This document shows, one piece after another, positions 12,991 through 25,729 of a DNA stretch of 64,000 bases. The notes under the pieces are model-generated. The model was not told where the DNA came from. It ran no database searches and was given only the letters and a program-made list of their open reading frames with translations. The translations under genes were made by a program, and so were the position numbers. The stretch lies in the NCBI GenBank assembly GCA_951406725.2, contig OX597838.1, positions 31,806,001 to 31,870,000 of the forward strand, in the 5' to 3' direction. Position 1 is the first letter of the stretch. Each line of letters opens with the position of its first letter. The stretch is from Octopus vulgaris (Eukaryota).

Positions 12991-13448
12991 ACAGCAGGGA
13001 TTCTGACAAAGTGGTTTTTTTAATTTACTTTTTTATGTATTTTTTTTTGTTTGTATTCAAAATGTTTTTCTTGAAAATGCTGCAGGCTCATTAAATGGTG
13101 AGGATACCAGAGATTCAACTGAAGAGTCACTCGTTCATAAGCTTTCGCTATTGCCTCAGGATTCTTAATTTCCAAAGCAGCCCCCCACCCCCAACCGCCT
13201 CCACTTCTGTCTGCCTGGCTGGCAACAGGTACCACCAACGAGGAGCAATTCTTCTCTCATAGTGCTGAAGTGCACTATAAAGTGATCTATGTCGTTCAGC
13301 TGCTGGCATGACCAATTGGGTAGTTAAGAGTCTCTGGTTTGAATTTCACTGTGCAGTTCCTTAGGTTGATTGAACTTTGTAATCAGAACTGGGTAGATGG
13401 GTGTGAACATGTATAAATATATAATTGTGTGTATAAATAAATGAATGA

Positions 13449-13790
13449 AGGCGCGTGGCTCAGTGGTTAGAGCGTCGAGCTTACGATCGTGAGATTGTGA
13501 GCTCGAATCCCGGACCGGGCTGCGTGTTGTGTTCTTGAGCAAGACACTTTATTTCACGTTGCTCCAGTTCACTCAGCTGTAGAAATGAGTTGCGACGTCA
13601 CAGGTGCCAAGCTGTATCGGCCCCTTTGTCTTTCCCTTGGACAACATCAGTGACGTGGAGAGGGAGACCGGTATGCATGGGCGACTGCTGGTCTTCCATA
13701 AAACAACCTTGCCCAGACTTGTGCCTCAGAGGGTAACTCTCTAGGTGCAAACCCATGGTCAGTGTCTGACCGAAGGGGGGTCAAAAAAAA
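13449..13790 (+). mobile_element. tRNA-derived SINE family G
   Basis: TGGCTCAGTGG A box, GCTCGAATCC B box, TTCTTGAGCAAGACACT; second copy at 31107-31440. Confidence 0.85.
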
Positions 13791-13869
13791 AAACAAAAAC
13801 GTATGCATGCCTACTTACACACATATATAAGCGTTCATGTGTGTGTGTGTATGCACATTCTCTCTTTCT

Positions 13870-14247
13870 CTCTTTCTCTTTTACTTGTTTCAGTCATTTG
13901 ACTGCGGCCATGCTGGAGCACCGCCTTTAGTCGAGCAAATCGACCCCAGGACTTATTCCTTGTGAGCCCAGTACTTATTCTATCGGTCTCTTTTCCCGAA
14001 CCGCTAAGTTACGGGGACGTTAAACACATCAGCATCGGTTGTCAAGCGATGTTGGGAGAACAAACACAGACACACACACACACATATATATATATACACG
14101 ACAGGCTTCTTTCAGTTTCCGTCTGCCAAATCCACTCGGCCCAAGGTTATATAGAAGACACTTGCCCAAAGTGCCATGCAGTGGGACTGAACCCGGAACC
14201 ATGTGGTTGGTAAGCAAGCTACTTACCACACAGCCACTCCTGCGCCT
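13870..14247 (-). mobile_element. SINE family A
   Basis: Matches family consensus with small deletions. Confidence 0.87.
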
Positions 14248-14649
14248 CATATGTATATAAACATACAAACACATGTACATACATGTTTGTATAGGTGATA
14301 TGCTTCCACACAAGTTTCTCTCTCTCTCTCTTGTGTATGTATGTGTGTGTGTGAGTATACACACAACCAGTTTAAACCAGTTGAAGAGGAAGATGAGAGA
14401 AGAGATGATGTTTCTCTTCGGTAAATTTTATGAGAGGCAGGTGTCTAAATGTATTTGTGTCAGTGTTGTTCTGGAGGTGAGTTTAACGGACTCCAACCCA
14501 GTGAATCCCTCACACTCAACAATCACAGCCACTCAAGCCAGAAGTAATCAATAAGTTTTGATTCCATGAGTGGGCTCTATATATATGAAAAGACCAGATA
14601 TATTGATTCACTGTCTGACTCAACCATACTAATCCATGATTTCAACTCT

Positions 14650-15055
14650 CGAATTGCAACAGGCATGTTTATCTCCAGTCTCGAGCTAATCGACTTTAAC
14701 GTTTTCCACATGAAACGGAAAATAAGGCTGGAGAAGAAATGCCTGTCGCAAAGTGTGTTTCGTAAAAGATGGAAGTATATAGCAAGTATGTTGCGAGTGA
14801 AAGAACCTGTTTAATCAAGAATGGAAAAAAGGAGAAAGCAAAGTCTTCAGTGTGAGTATGTGGTTTGTGGGGTCAACCGCGTCCTCCGCTTCATTTTTTG
14901 TTAATCACTCATTCTCATTTAATTGTATATATTTTAATTATTGTTTGTTTATTCATACGTTTCGTCTCATTCAATACCCTGACCCCAACGTTTGTTTTGT
15001 CTGTCCCCGTATTGTCCTCTCTTTTTCTCAACCTAAAGGTGAATAAAGAAATTCT
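14650..15055 (+). mobile_element. 3' end of a Tx1/L1-clade LINE (ORF2 C-terminus plus 3' UTR)
   Basis: LIDFNVFHMKRKIRLEKKCLSQSVFRKRW resembles the Tx1 ORF2 C-terminal motif; T-rich UTR ending in AATAAAGAAA. Confidence 0.6.
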
Positions 15056-15101
15056 CTCTCTCTCTCTCCCTCCCTCCAAACAATGAATATCTTCAACTTA
15101 A

Positions 15102-15322
15102 CCCTTTAGCATTCAGATTATTCTGCTAAATGTAATTCTTATTTATCCACATTGTTTTGAATCAATCACACATCATTTCATAACTTCGTGATTTTGATGA
15201 TGTGAATATTTCTTTTTAGAATGATATTGTAGGGTAGGTGTGAGAGACTGGATCTGGCTAGTTTGTATTTAAAACAGGTAGAAATTTTGGACCAGATGTG
15301 GGCCAGTTTATATGCTAAAGGG
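15102..15322. mobile_element. TTAA-flanked ~220-bp MITE (family D, piggyBac-type ends)
   Basis: TTAA-CCCTTTAGCATT ... ATGCTAAAGGG; 5 copies in window. Confidence 0.8.
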
Positions 15323-15464
15323 TAATGTAATCTCAACTCTGCAAAAGATGTGGAATATTATTTATCTAATTCTTTATCTCCACACATAATTATAAAGTTA
15401 TCAGCTCTAATGTCTGATGTAGTATGGTATGTGAATCTCAGTTGCTTTTGTATTTCTTCTGCAG

Positions 15465-15618
15465 GAAACTTCTGGTTGTTTGTGCCACCGACATCCGAAT
15501 CCAAGTGGATATTTCTGGTGACATAGAGCCACGACGTCCCCGAAAGCCGCGAGTTTCTCACTCTACACCACCCAACATTGATGAAGTAAAGCTAGCTCGT
15601 ATTTTGAGCATTTGTCAA
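15465..15618 (+). CDS. BLTP2: BLTP2 exon (window exon 1): KLLVVCATDIRIQVDISGD...KLARILSICQ
   Basis: ttcttctgcag|G ... CAA|gtgagt; phase 2->0; 154 nt. Confidence 0.9.
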
Positions 15619-15791
15619 GTGAGTACCACTTCAAATTGTACACTTCTCTTGATGCATTTCCTTCTTTCTAATAAAATATTGTTACATGTATTTGGAGTGT
15701 TGAGGAAGAAGGAGATATATAAAGCTTCAGGTAAATTTGTAGAGTATTTATTAGGTTCTCTTATTTCTTCCACTGTGCTGTGTTTGTGGTC

Positions 15792-15909
15792 TCCAGGGAT
15801 ACAGGCATCACTCAAACAGGACCTCTGTAATGCTATGATGGACCGTGAAGTCTGGCGTAGCATGGTAAATTCCATTGTCTCAACCACGGTCGAACAATGA
15901 TGATGATGA
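15792..15909 (+). mobile_element. RTE LINE 3' fragment (family F), ORF ends in a (TGA)n tail
   Basis: QDLCNAMMDREVWRSMVNSIVSTTVEQ*; matches 43352-43724; TGGTC flanks. Confidence 0.8.
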
Positions 15910-16104
15910 TGGTCAATGCACTTAACTCTTGCTGACTCTGTCAATCGTGATCTAATAGGTACCATGAAGTACATGCAGCCTCACCATTGTAAGTTATTGG
16001 GAAAACTATAATTAACACATATTTCACTAATTAGTAGTCCTGCTATGAGCTGCAAGAAGGTATTGGGGAAACTCTTTGTCACTTTCTTTGCTTTCTTTCA
16101 GACG

Positions 16105-16595
16105 GAAATTGTAGCTGTGATACCAGTGCCAGTGGCACGTAAGCGAACCATCCAAACGTGGCCGTTGCCAGCACTGCCCCGACAGGCCTCCATGCCGGTG
16201 GCACATAAAAAGCACCATCCGATCGTGGCCGTTGCCAGCCTCGTCTGACCCCCCATGCCGGTGGCACGTAAAAAGCACCATCTAATCATGGCCGTTGCCA
16301 GCGTCATCTGGCACGTAAAAAAGCACCATCCGATCGTGGCCATTGCCAGCCTCGCCTGGCCCCCGAGCCAGTGGCACATAAAAAGCACCATCCGACCGTG
16401 GCCGTTTGCCAGCCCCCTCTGGCACGTAAAAAGCACCCACTGCACTCACGGAGTGGTTGGCGTTAGGAAGGGCATCCAGCCGTAGAAAAATTGCCAGATC
16501 AGACTGGGCCTGGTGCAGCCTTCTGGCTTCCCAGACCCCAGTTAAACCGTCCAACCCATGCTAGCATGGAAGGCGGACGCTAAATAATGATGAAT
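16105..16595 (+). mobile_element. RTE LINE 3' end (family B) with 6 internal tandem units
   Basis: Repeated GTGGCACGTAAAAAGCACC unit, then the conserved 3' end and GAT tail. Confidence 0.85.
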
Positions 16596-16679
16596 GGTTT
16601 TGATTGAGAAGGGGTTGGGCAGATGTCTATCAATACATATATTCTCATTCCAATCCTTGATTACTGTAGCTGGAGAGTT

Positions 16680-16710
<31 letters not shown>

Positions 16711-16712
16711 AG

Positions 16713-16924
16713 ACAGCAAGCTGGCAGAGTTGTTACCATGTCAGGCAAAATGTTTAACAGTATTTCACCCATCATTACATTCTGGGTTCAAATGCTGCTG
16801 GGGGTCGACTTTGCCTTTCATCCTTTTGTGGTTGATAAATTAAGCACCTGTAGAACATTTGGATCGATGTAATCAACTAGTCCCCTCCCCCAAAGTTTCA
16901 GGCCTTGTGCCTATAGTAGAAAAG

Positions 16925-16959
<35 letters not shown>

Positions 16960-17205
16960 AAAGGCAGTGAGCTAGCAGAAAAGGTGGCAAGCCGGGCAGA
17001 ATTATTACTACAATGGACAAAATGCTTTGCAGCAAAACATCTGGTTTAAACCTTCTGGGCTCAAATTCCACCAAGGTTGACTTTGATTTCGTTCTTTTGG
17101 GGTCAGTAAAATGAGTACTGGTCAAGCATTGGAATGGATTGAATCAACTGCACTCACCACCAACCACTTTCTAATATGGACCTTGTGTCTAGAGTAGAAA
17201 GGGTT
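16713..17205 (+). mobile_element. Two tandem SINE family C copies
   Basis: GCTGGCAGA...GGGTTCAAAT...GGCCTTGTGCCTATAGTAGAAA (ATT)n, twice. Confidence 0.75.
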
Positions 17206-17639
17206 GTTGTTCTTAGTAGTAGTGGTAGTAGTAGTAGTAGTAGAAAAGACAAAACAAGTATCTTGAGCAGGCATCTTACAACCTAAGAAAGACCGGAAAT
17301 AATTCTGGAGAGCTTTCGTATTTTTGGTGAAATTCTTTCTGTTTTGGTGAAATAACAGCAGATGTTCTTAAATTAACATTGCTGCCAGGATGTTTGGTGT
17401 GCTGACATTCCCACTTGTAAGCACAATGGTAATCACATTGGTTGTTGTTGTTCAGCACGAGTCAACCTTGTATGAACAAGCCTTTTATGAGCCATGACCA
17501 TCCAATATTATTTTTAGTGGATATCTGGAACTACATGATTCAGTGTTTCCTTTCTTCTTTAAGATGCCAGGCTTTGTGCTGAGGGAGATTTTGTTGCTAT
17601 TTCTAACATGTCAAGCAACAACTAAAGTACTTGAGTCTT

Positions 17640-18275
17640 AGGGCTTGTAGAGCAAGTTACCTGGTTTCCATGATGCGCAATTGAACGAGATCACATTGCT
17701 CCTGAATTGGATGTCAGCCTGTCACATGGCTACTCATTGAAAGCTGAGTGGACGGGAGCACTGGAAACTGAAGTGGTTTGCTTAAGAACCCAACACGTGC
17801 TCTGTCACAAGCTAACCTTTCATCATCTGGCACAAGATCACCTCCTCCAATGCCCCTTCCCCTCTCAAAGATTCTTCTTTGTTTTGCAAGTTACTTGGAG
17901 ACCCTGCCAGTGCTGGTGCCATGTAAAAAGCATCCAGTCCACAGTGTAAAGTGGTTGGCATTTGGAAAGTCATCCAGCTGTAAAAACCATGCCAAAATTG
18001 ACCTCACCTGTGCTGGTGCCACGTAAAATGCAATCAGTCGACTCTGCAGGGTGGTGGTTAGTGTTAGGAAGGGCATCAAGTTGTAAAAAGTGTCAAAACT
18101 GCCACCACAGAAGTCTGGTACAGTCTTCTGCCTGGTCAGCTACTGTTAAACCATCCAACCCATGCCAGCATGAAAGGCGGATGTTAAACAATGATGATGA
18201 TGACTATCCAGTCCAGGAATTGAACCCATGATCTTACAGTCAAGTGCGCAACAACCTAACCACTGAACCAGGTGC
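17640..18275. mobile_element. Old tRNA-SINE (-) split by a diverged family B insertion (+, ~17800-18203)
   Basis: SINE halves at 17640-17795 and 18205-18275; the insert ends in GATGATGAT. Confidence 0.6.
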
Positions 18276-18385
18276 TTTCAACCAAGCAGCCAAAGGGGGG
18301 CTGTCGTATGTTGTGGGATCATTGGCAGTTGCTAAGATTGACCAAAATAGGTTTAGCATGGAAAAAAAAAAAAAAAACAGACGTA

Positions 18386-18738
18386 TCTTTTATCTTTTAC
18401 TTGTTTCAGTCATTTGACTGTGGCCATGCTGGGGCACCGCCTTCAAAAATCTTACTCAAATGAATTGACCCCCTAGTACTTATTTGTTGAAGCCTGTTAT
18501 TTTTTCTGGTTGCTTTTGCTGAACCACTAAGTTACAGGGACATAAATATACCAACCCCAGTTGTCAAGCAATGGTGGGGGACAAACACACACACACGACA
18601 AGGTTCTTTCAGTTTCTGTTTGCCAAATCCACTTACAAGGCTTTGGTCAGTTTGAGGCTATAATGGAAGACACTTGCCCAAGGTGTCATGCAGTGGTTGG
18701 GTGCCTCGTGGTTGGCAAGCAAGCTTCTTACCATGCAG
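18386..18738 (-). mobile_element. Diverged SINE family A
   Basis: Colinear with consensus. Confidence 0.75.
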
Positions 18739-19356
18739 CTTACGTACACATAAAAACAAATTGAAGACATGGTGGCGATAATGGTGCTGGCATTGATGGT
18801 GGTGGCTTCTTTCAGAAGCATCAAGTCTGATATTTTTAGCTAAATATTCTATCTAAATCATCAATTAACCAAACTCCAATAAACAATTGTCCCTGCACTG
18901 AATTGAAATAACAATCTATTATTTTATAGAAAAAGTTTGATTTTTGTATTTGTTTTAATATTTTAATTTTGAATGTTTCTATTTAATGTTTTGTTGTAAT
19001 TAAACAAAACCGAAAAATAAATTTCAACTACTTAAAATTGTTTTGAAAAAATTTGATTAACTGCATGTAAATTATGCGAAATAATTTATAACTGTTACCT
19101 TGGCAACACAAATGGTCTTATTGGAATTGTTTCTAAGTGGTTTCACATCCATTTTACCATGGCGTTAAAGACTGGAATGGTCTGCTAGAATTTTGGATAT
19201 TTACGTATGAATCAGAGATCTTTTTTTATATTACATGTGCTCACCCACTTCTTTTCTCTAATTAATTAATCAACTGTAAGCTAACAAGCAAACGTGTGGT
19301 CATGCAACCTGGCCGAAATAGCAACCAAATATGTCTCAAATCAAACCCCACCATTA

Positions 19357-19755
19357 TGGCAGACACCCATAAAATTATCAACCATCGCACGAACAATAAC
19401 TCTGAGCACCTCTTCAAACTCCACCCATCTAACACCCGTGGACATATTTACAAAGTAAGAAAACAGCACAGCTCCCATGACTTCAGGAAACATTTTTTCA
19501 CGCTGAGAGTTGCTGAAGCGTGGAACAAACTGCCGGCATCGGTTGTTAGTTGTCGGAGCACTGCATCCTTCAAAACTTCCATGCTTCCTGAGATTCGCCA
19601 ACACTACACTTGATTTTCTCCCCTCCATACACACACAAGCATGTTCACTTTCCAGACATTTCTACATTACTGCATGTACTTTATATGCATTTTCTGACAA
19701 GTTGTGGTGCACCTGAGCACTGTATACAATAATTTCATTATTATTATTATTATTA
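19357..19755 (+). mobile_element. CR1-clade LINE 3' fragment
   Basis: TRGHIYKVRK..RKHFFTLRVAEAWNKLPASVV..SFK is the CR1 ORF2 C-terminal signature; short UTR and (ATT)n tail. Confidence 0.85.
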
Positions 19756-20127
19756 TAAACAAAGTAGGACAGTAGATGTAGACTTAGCTATCTCTGAAAG
19801 AGGGGATGGTCACGGTTGTAATGCTTTTGACTGTTGGTTGACCAGAGTCTAAGTAACAACTATTGTGAAGTGGAAGTATCTGCAAGTAAATCAAATGTCA
19901 TACAGGATATTAATGCATTAGAAACCATGTAGAACATTTCAGGCCTCTTTAAGAACTTACTAAAACTTGAAGAGCTTTAAGGACTACCCAAGCCTTAAAT
20001 AGTTTCTAAGGGCCTCTTAATCATTATTTAATTTAATTTAGTCACAAACATATTCCAACCAGTTTGATGGTGTCAATAGAAAGGCCATGTTTCATATCCT
20101 TGTTGGACTATGGTATTCCAGATAAGA

Positions 20128-20445
20128 CTGGCCTCTGTGCCGGTGGCACATAAAATGCACCATCCGATTGTGGCCGTTGCCAGCCTCGTCTGGCACCTGT
20201 GCAGGTGGCACGTAAAATGCACCATCCGAGCATGGCCATTGCCAGCCTCGTCTGGCACCTGTGCAGGTGGCACGTAAGAAGCACCCACTACACTCACGGA
20301 GTGGTTGGCATTAGGAAGGGCATCCAGCTGTAGAAACACTGCCAGATCAAACTGGGCCTGGCGCAGCCTTCTGGCTTCCCAGACCCCAGTTGAACCGTCC
20401 AACCCATGCTAGCATGGAAAACGGACGTTAAACGATGATGATGAT
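20128..20445 (+). mobile_element. RTE LINE 3' end (family B)
   Basis: 3 internal units, conserved end, (GAT)n. Confidence 0.85.
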
Positions 20446-20449
20446 TGTC

Positions 20450-20885
20450 AAAGACATCAACATCAAGTACAAAAAGCCATCAAGACTTGTGCAAAACACA
20501 AGCAACCAAACTAAAGAATTTTCAATGAGAGTAAGAATCATTTTCGGAGTCATCCTTGCTCCTTTTTTCTCTCTGATTGCAGTGGACTACATCCGTAGTT
20601 TGAGTGTTGATGCCATCCAAAGCGTAGCCTCACCATCAGGCAGAAGTGACCTTGTCTGTGATGCTGTGATAATGATGTTGCCCTCACACTGCATCACCTG
20701 TGTGCTGTGCAAAAGACTTCTTAACATCCCTTTAGAACGCTGCAGCTTAAGTTGGGTCCATTTTTCAGTGCAAAGAACACATAATGAAAGCCATCTGCCA
20801 GTTTGTTCCAACAAAGGCACTCAACCCAAGGAGGTTAGGGACTTCAAATACCTAGGGTCCTACTTTACTGATAATAAGAAAGACA
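20450..20885 (+). pseudogene. Highly degraded LINE RT fragment (RTE-like)
   Basis: GVILAPFFSLIAVDYI...KEVRDFKYLGSY resembles G..LAPFLF.I..DY and F.YLG motifs; catalytic DD lost. Confidence 0.6.
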
Positions 20886-21094
20886 TCCCCCAACACACAC
20901 ACACATACTAAAATTTTCACCTTGTTTATTTGTTGAAAAACAGAGCATCAGTTTGTAATCAAAATGATTTTTTTCCATAAGAAAGTATGGGAAGCAACTC
21001 TGGGAATGTTTCACTGGACGTTTCTATTCAGCAGAACTTTCTATTCATTATAACCTTATAAAAGTATTAATTGACTCACTGTGTCAATATAGAG

Positions 21095-21313
21095 CAGTGC
21101 TTTTCAACCTTTTTGCTGGAGTGGAACCCCAAGAAAACATTGCACTGGCTCGAGGAACCCCTGTGCTATAATTTAATTGTCTTATGCACACATATCTGCA
21201 CAGGAGACTTAAAAATTACTGTCGATTTTAGCATTTTTGTAACTTCTTGCGGAACCCCTGGACTGTACTGGCAGAACCCTAAGGTTCCGGGGAACCCTGG
21301 TTGAAAACCACTG
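21095..21313. mobile_element. hAT-superfamily MITE
   Basis: TIRs CAGTGCTTTTCAACC / GGTTGAAAACCACTG; perfect 8-bp TSD ATATAGAG. Confidence 0.9.
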
Positions 21314-21375
21314 ATATAGAGTAATATATTTATTTAGTTTGTCTAAAATATAATTTTGTTTTCATATATTTGCAG

Positions 21376-21494
21376 TATGTTGGAATTTGTGTCCAGAACG
21401 TGACTGTGATTTTGATCAAAACTTTAATCCCGCACTGCATGCTTCATGTGACTGGTCAAGAAATCACTGTTGATATTGCCAGCAATGACACCAG
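21376..21494 (+). CDS. BLTP2: BLTP2 exon 2: YVGICVQNVTVILIKTLIPHCMLHVTGQEITVDIASNDT
   Basis: tatttgcag|TAT ... CAG|gtaagt; phase 0->2; 119 nt. Confidence 0.9.
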
Positions 21495-21929
21495 GTAAGT
21501 TAGTTTCCATGAGTCATCAAGGGAGCCTTTATACTGGCCCTTAAACCTGCTAGAAATAGCAGCAAAATTTCACGAAAACCATTTCCTTCCATCTTAAAAA
21601 AAAAAAAAAGAAAAAAAAGAAAGGTACTGTAGCTAATGTAGGCCATAATAGGGTGTGGTGGTCATGGTTAGAACCCTTCAACTGTTTGGTCAATCAGAAT
21701 TGACTTAAGGCTAAACACCAATAGCAAAGTGTTGACTTATTCCTTCCTCTCACCATTCCTACAAACAGTAAACCTGTGTCCATTTCTTTGTCCAGTAAAT
21801 GCTCATGACAACACTTCCTGTTATTCATATATGACTGGATGAAGGTACAAAACATTTGGCTGTTTGTTATCACTCAGAGTGGAGTGTGACCATCCACTCA
21901 AGTGGATATCCAAGTTTGGTGTGTTAAAC

Positions 21930-22343
21930 TCTTACTCTTTACTCTTTTACTTGTTTCAGTCATTTGACTGCGGCCATGCTGGAGCACCGCCTTTAATCGA
22001 GCAACTCGACCCCGGGACTTATTCTTTTGTAAGCCCAGTACTTATTCTATCGGTCTCTTTTGCCGAACCGCTAAGTGACGGGGACGTAAACACACCAGCA
22101 TCGCTTGTCAAGCAATGCTAGAGGGACAAACACAGACACACAAACATACACGCACACACACATATATATATATATACATATATACGATGGGCTTCTTTCA
22201 GTTTCCATCTACCAAATCCACTCACAAGGCATTGGTCGGCCCGGGGCTATAGCAGAAGACACTTGCCCAAGGTGCCACACAGTGGGACTGAACCCGGAAC
22301 CATGTGGTTGGTAAGCAAGCTACTTACCACACAGCCACTCCTG
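21930..22343 (-). mobile_element. SINE family A
   Basis: Near consensus. Confidence 0.88.
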
Positions 22344-22914
22344 CTGATTTCATCAACTCTTGCTTATTTGTTGGCCTTGAAGTTGTTCTTCCCATGGTGA
22401 TTGTTGTTGTTGTGCTTATTGTTGTAATTGTTGTTGTGATAGTTTTTGTAGTTGTTTTAACGATTGTTGGCAATGGATTGGTCTTTAAGTCAGCATGGAT
22501 TGAGAAAATTCATGATATTGGCAGGAGTTGCTGATTGAACAAGGCATTTGACTGCTGTTTCTAGCTATAATCATTCCAGTGTCATTATTGTAGGGCATGT
22601 TCGGCTCTAAGGGTTTCAGCTCAGAATATGTAACCCCTATTCTTAGGGATTTTATCAAGGATGTTAGTGACGTCTTGTGTTGTTTCACTCTAGGTCAGAA
22701 AGGTAAAGTATAGAAAGAAAGGTAGCAGGGTCACACCCGTTGATAGGAGAAGTTGAGGAGGTAAAGGAAGAGGATGAAATGGTGTAACGGAATAAATCAA
22801 AGCAAGTTAAAAGATGTTAAAGTATTTAAGAACAAAACAAGGGAAAATGAAAAAAGTGGAAAAAAAAAATGAAAAAAGAAAACAAAAAGAAAGAAAATAT
22901 GAAAAAGTGAGGAA

Positions 22915-23077
22915 AGGCGCAGGAGTGGCTGTGTGATAAGTAGCTTGCTAACCAACCACATGGGTCCGGGTTCAGTCCCACTGCGTGGCATCTTGGGCAA
23001 GTGTCTTCTACTATAGCCTCAGGCCGACCAATGCCTTGTGAGTGGATTTGGTAGACGGAAACTGAAAGAAGCCTGTC

Positions 23078-23123
<46 letters not shown>

Positions 23124-23325
23124 TTGTGTGTCTGTGTTTGTCCCCCTAGCATTGCTTGACAACCGATGCTGGTGTGTTTACGTCCCCGTCACATAGCAGT
23201 TCGGCAAAAAGAGACCGATAGAATAAGTACTGGGCTTACAAAGAATAAGTCCCGGGGTTGATTTGCTCGACTAAAGGCGGTGCTCCAGCATGGCCGCAGT
23301 CAAATGACTGAAACAAGTAAAATAA
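22915..23325 (+). mobile_element. SINE family A
   Basis: Near consensus. Confidence 0.88.
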
Positions 23326-23560
23326 ATATTAAAAAAAAATAAATAAATAAAAAAAGAATTAATATTATTTCTATTCTCCTCTATTGGGAGTTTTTCGTTG
23401 TTATATTTTCATTGTTAAACTGCTTTTTACTCGATGTTTTCAAAAACAGACAAAACCTTTTGTAACCTTTCGTCCTGTTTTGTCCCTTCATGTTTTCCAA
23501 TCATATTTGTCAGCCCTTGTGGCCAATAAAAAGAATTAATTAATTATTATTGTTAATATT

Positions 23561-24030
23561 AAGGTAGTGAGCTGGCAGAATCGTTAGCACACTGGGTGAA
23601 ATGCTTAGCGGTATTTTATCCACCGCTATGTTCTGAGTTCAAATTCCGCCGAGGTCGACTTTGTCATCCATCCTTTTGGGGTCAATGAAATAAGTACCAG
23701 TTATGCACTGGGGTTCAATGTAATTGTCTAGTCTCTCCCCACCTCCCAATTTTCAAGGCCTTGTACCTTCAGTAGAATGGATTATTATTATTATTATTGT
23801 TGTTGTTGTTAAGCTGGTGAACTGGTAGTTTTGTTAGGACGCTGGGCAAAATGCTTGGTGACGTTTCATTTGCGTTTCTGTTCCGAGTTCAAATCCCACC
23901 AAGGTCGACTTTGCCTTTTATTCTTTTGGGAGTCAATGAAATAAGTAGCAGTTGAGCAAACAGTTGATAACCAACTACACCCCCCACCCCGCCAGATTTC
24001 AAGCCTTGCGCCTATAGTAGGAAGGATTCA
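23561..24030 (+). mobile_element. Two tandem SINE family C copies
   Basis: GAGCTGGCAGAATCGTTAGCAC...GAGTTCAAATTCC, twice. Confidence 0.8.
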
Positions 24031-24395
24031 CATCATCATCATCATCATCATCATTTAATGTCCATGGGTTGGACAGTTTTACAGGATCCGATGGATCCCA
24101 AGGATTACCTCATGTCCCAGTGTCTTATTATTTCTATTATCGTCATTCGTATTATCATTATTATTATTTCTGTTATCGTCATTTGCATTACCGTTATTAT
24201 CATTTCTATTACCATCATTTATCATTATCGTTTTTTTGCTATTATCTTCATTAGCATTATCATCGTTATTAATATTCTCAGGTTTTACAAACATATGATC
24301 AGATTTCTGTCCACACGCTTTACGTGAGTAAGTTGTGTGAATGCCAGAGCTATTTTTACTATGAAGTCAGGTCATTGAACCTGATTTCAGCTGCG

Positions 24396-24426
<31 letters not shown>

Positions 24427-24911
24427 TGCGGGAGCTGAGGTGGGGGTAGGGGGTAGGTTATCTGTTATTGATTCATTCTGAGGTGGTTTTGTTACAGTTT
24501 ATTTCTTATCTGATTATTTCACTGTACAAATAATATATGAAGACATGTTCACTCTGCTAGTTCTCTCTCCCTCCCAATCTTTTCACTTATACACACATGT
24601 ATGTACATATGTATGTATGCATGTGCACCTTTGGTTTTGTATGGCGGTTGCCTGGATAACAAAGAGGGGAAGGGAAATAAAAAAAAGCCTATAACATAGT
24701 ACAGTGTAGGCCATAAGAACCTGTACGTTCACTCCTTTGTTGGGTCGATGATGTTGCTCAGCATCACTGGAGGAGATGATACTGTTGGGATGGTGCTGAA
24801 ATGTTTGTGATCTCCTGTGGACAGTTAATGAAGGGGATGTCCCACAGTGCAAGCTGTCGGGAAAATATTGTGTGTGCATAGTAAATGCATACATGGAGGT
24901 GTGTGTGTATG

Positions 24912-24962
<51 letters not shown>

Positions 24963-24963
<1 letters not shown>

Positions 24964-25258
24964 GAGGCGCAACGGCCCAGTGGTTAGGGCAGCGGATTCA
25001 CGGTCGTAGGATCACGGTTTCGATTCCCAGACCGGGCGTTGTGAGTGTTTATTGAGCGCAAACACCTAAAGCTCCATGAGGCTCTGCCAGGGGGTGGTGG
25101 CAATCCCTGCTGTACTCTTTCGCCTCAACTTTCTCTCACTCTTTCTTCTGTTGGCCTGCTTGTTTAGCCAGTGGGGTGGCGTCATTCGAAGGCTAAAACA
25201 ATGCGAAGCGCATTGTGACCAGCAATGTGTAGCAACATCTGATAGCCTAGTCGGTGAT
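24963..25258 (+). mobile_element. tRNA-derived SINE (further family)
   Basis: CGGCCCAGTGG A box, GGTTTCGATTCC B box, unrelated body, inserted in a microsatellite. Confidence 0.75.
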
Positions 25259-25607
25259 ATATATGTATATATACACGGCGATATATTGTATATAAACATG
25301 GCAATGGCTTAGCTGGTCAAAACTTCGAAGTCACTGTGAACAATATTCTTGTTTAGGAATAATAAAGTTTTACTCTACAAAAGTATAGAGTAACCCATCA
25401 GATAAATGTAAAATTGTTTTTATTATAACTGAACATAAAAACAAACATTAATATAAACAAACATATGCATTTTCTGCGATGTTTGGTAAGCAGTGTTGAT
25501 TTCACAATTCTGTAAATAATAATAATATTTTATTAGCTTAAAGCTTATAAGCAATCACCGTTTATTGACTAAACAAAATTATTGGGGCATGTATGTGTGT
25601 GTGTGTG

Positions 25608-25646
<39 letters not shown>

Positions 25647-25729
25647 TGGAGTAAACACATAAATGTGAAACTGTCCGACGAACGGCAACGTGAAACTCAG
25701 AATACAGGTTTTGTTGAATTTTCTGTCCC

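Noticed and set aside
13449-13520. tRNA-like sequences (also 24965, 31107, 40347)
   Set aside because: A and B boxes present but no complete cloverleaf or terminator; they run into SINE bodies
16105-16435. CRISPR-like regularly spaced repeats
   Set aside because: Eukaryotic context, spacers resemble each other, part of an RTE 3' UTR, no cas genes
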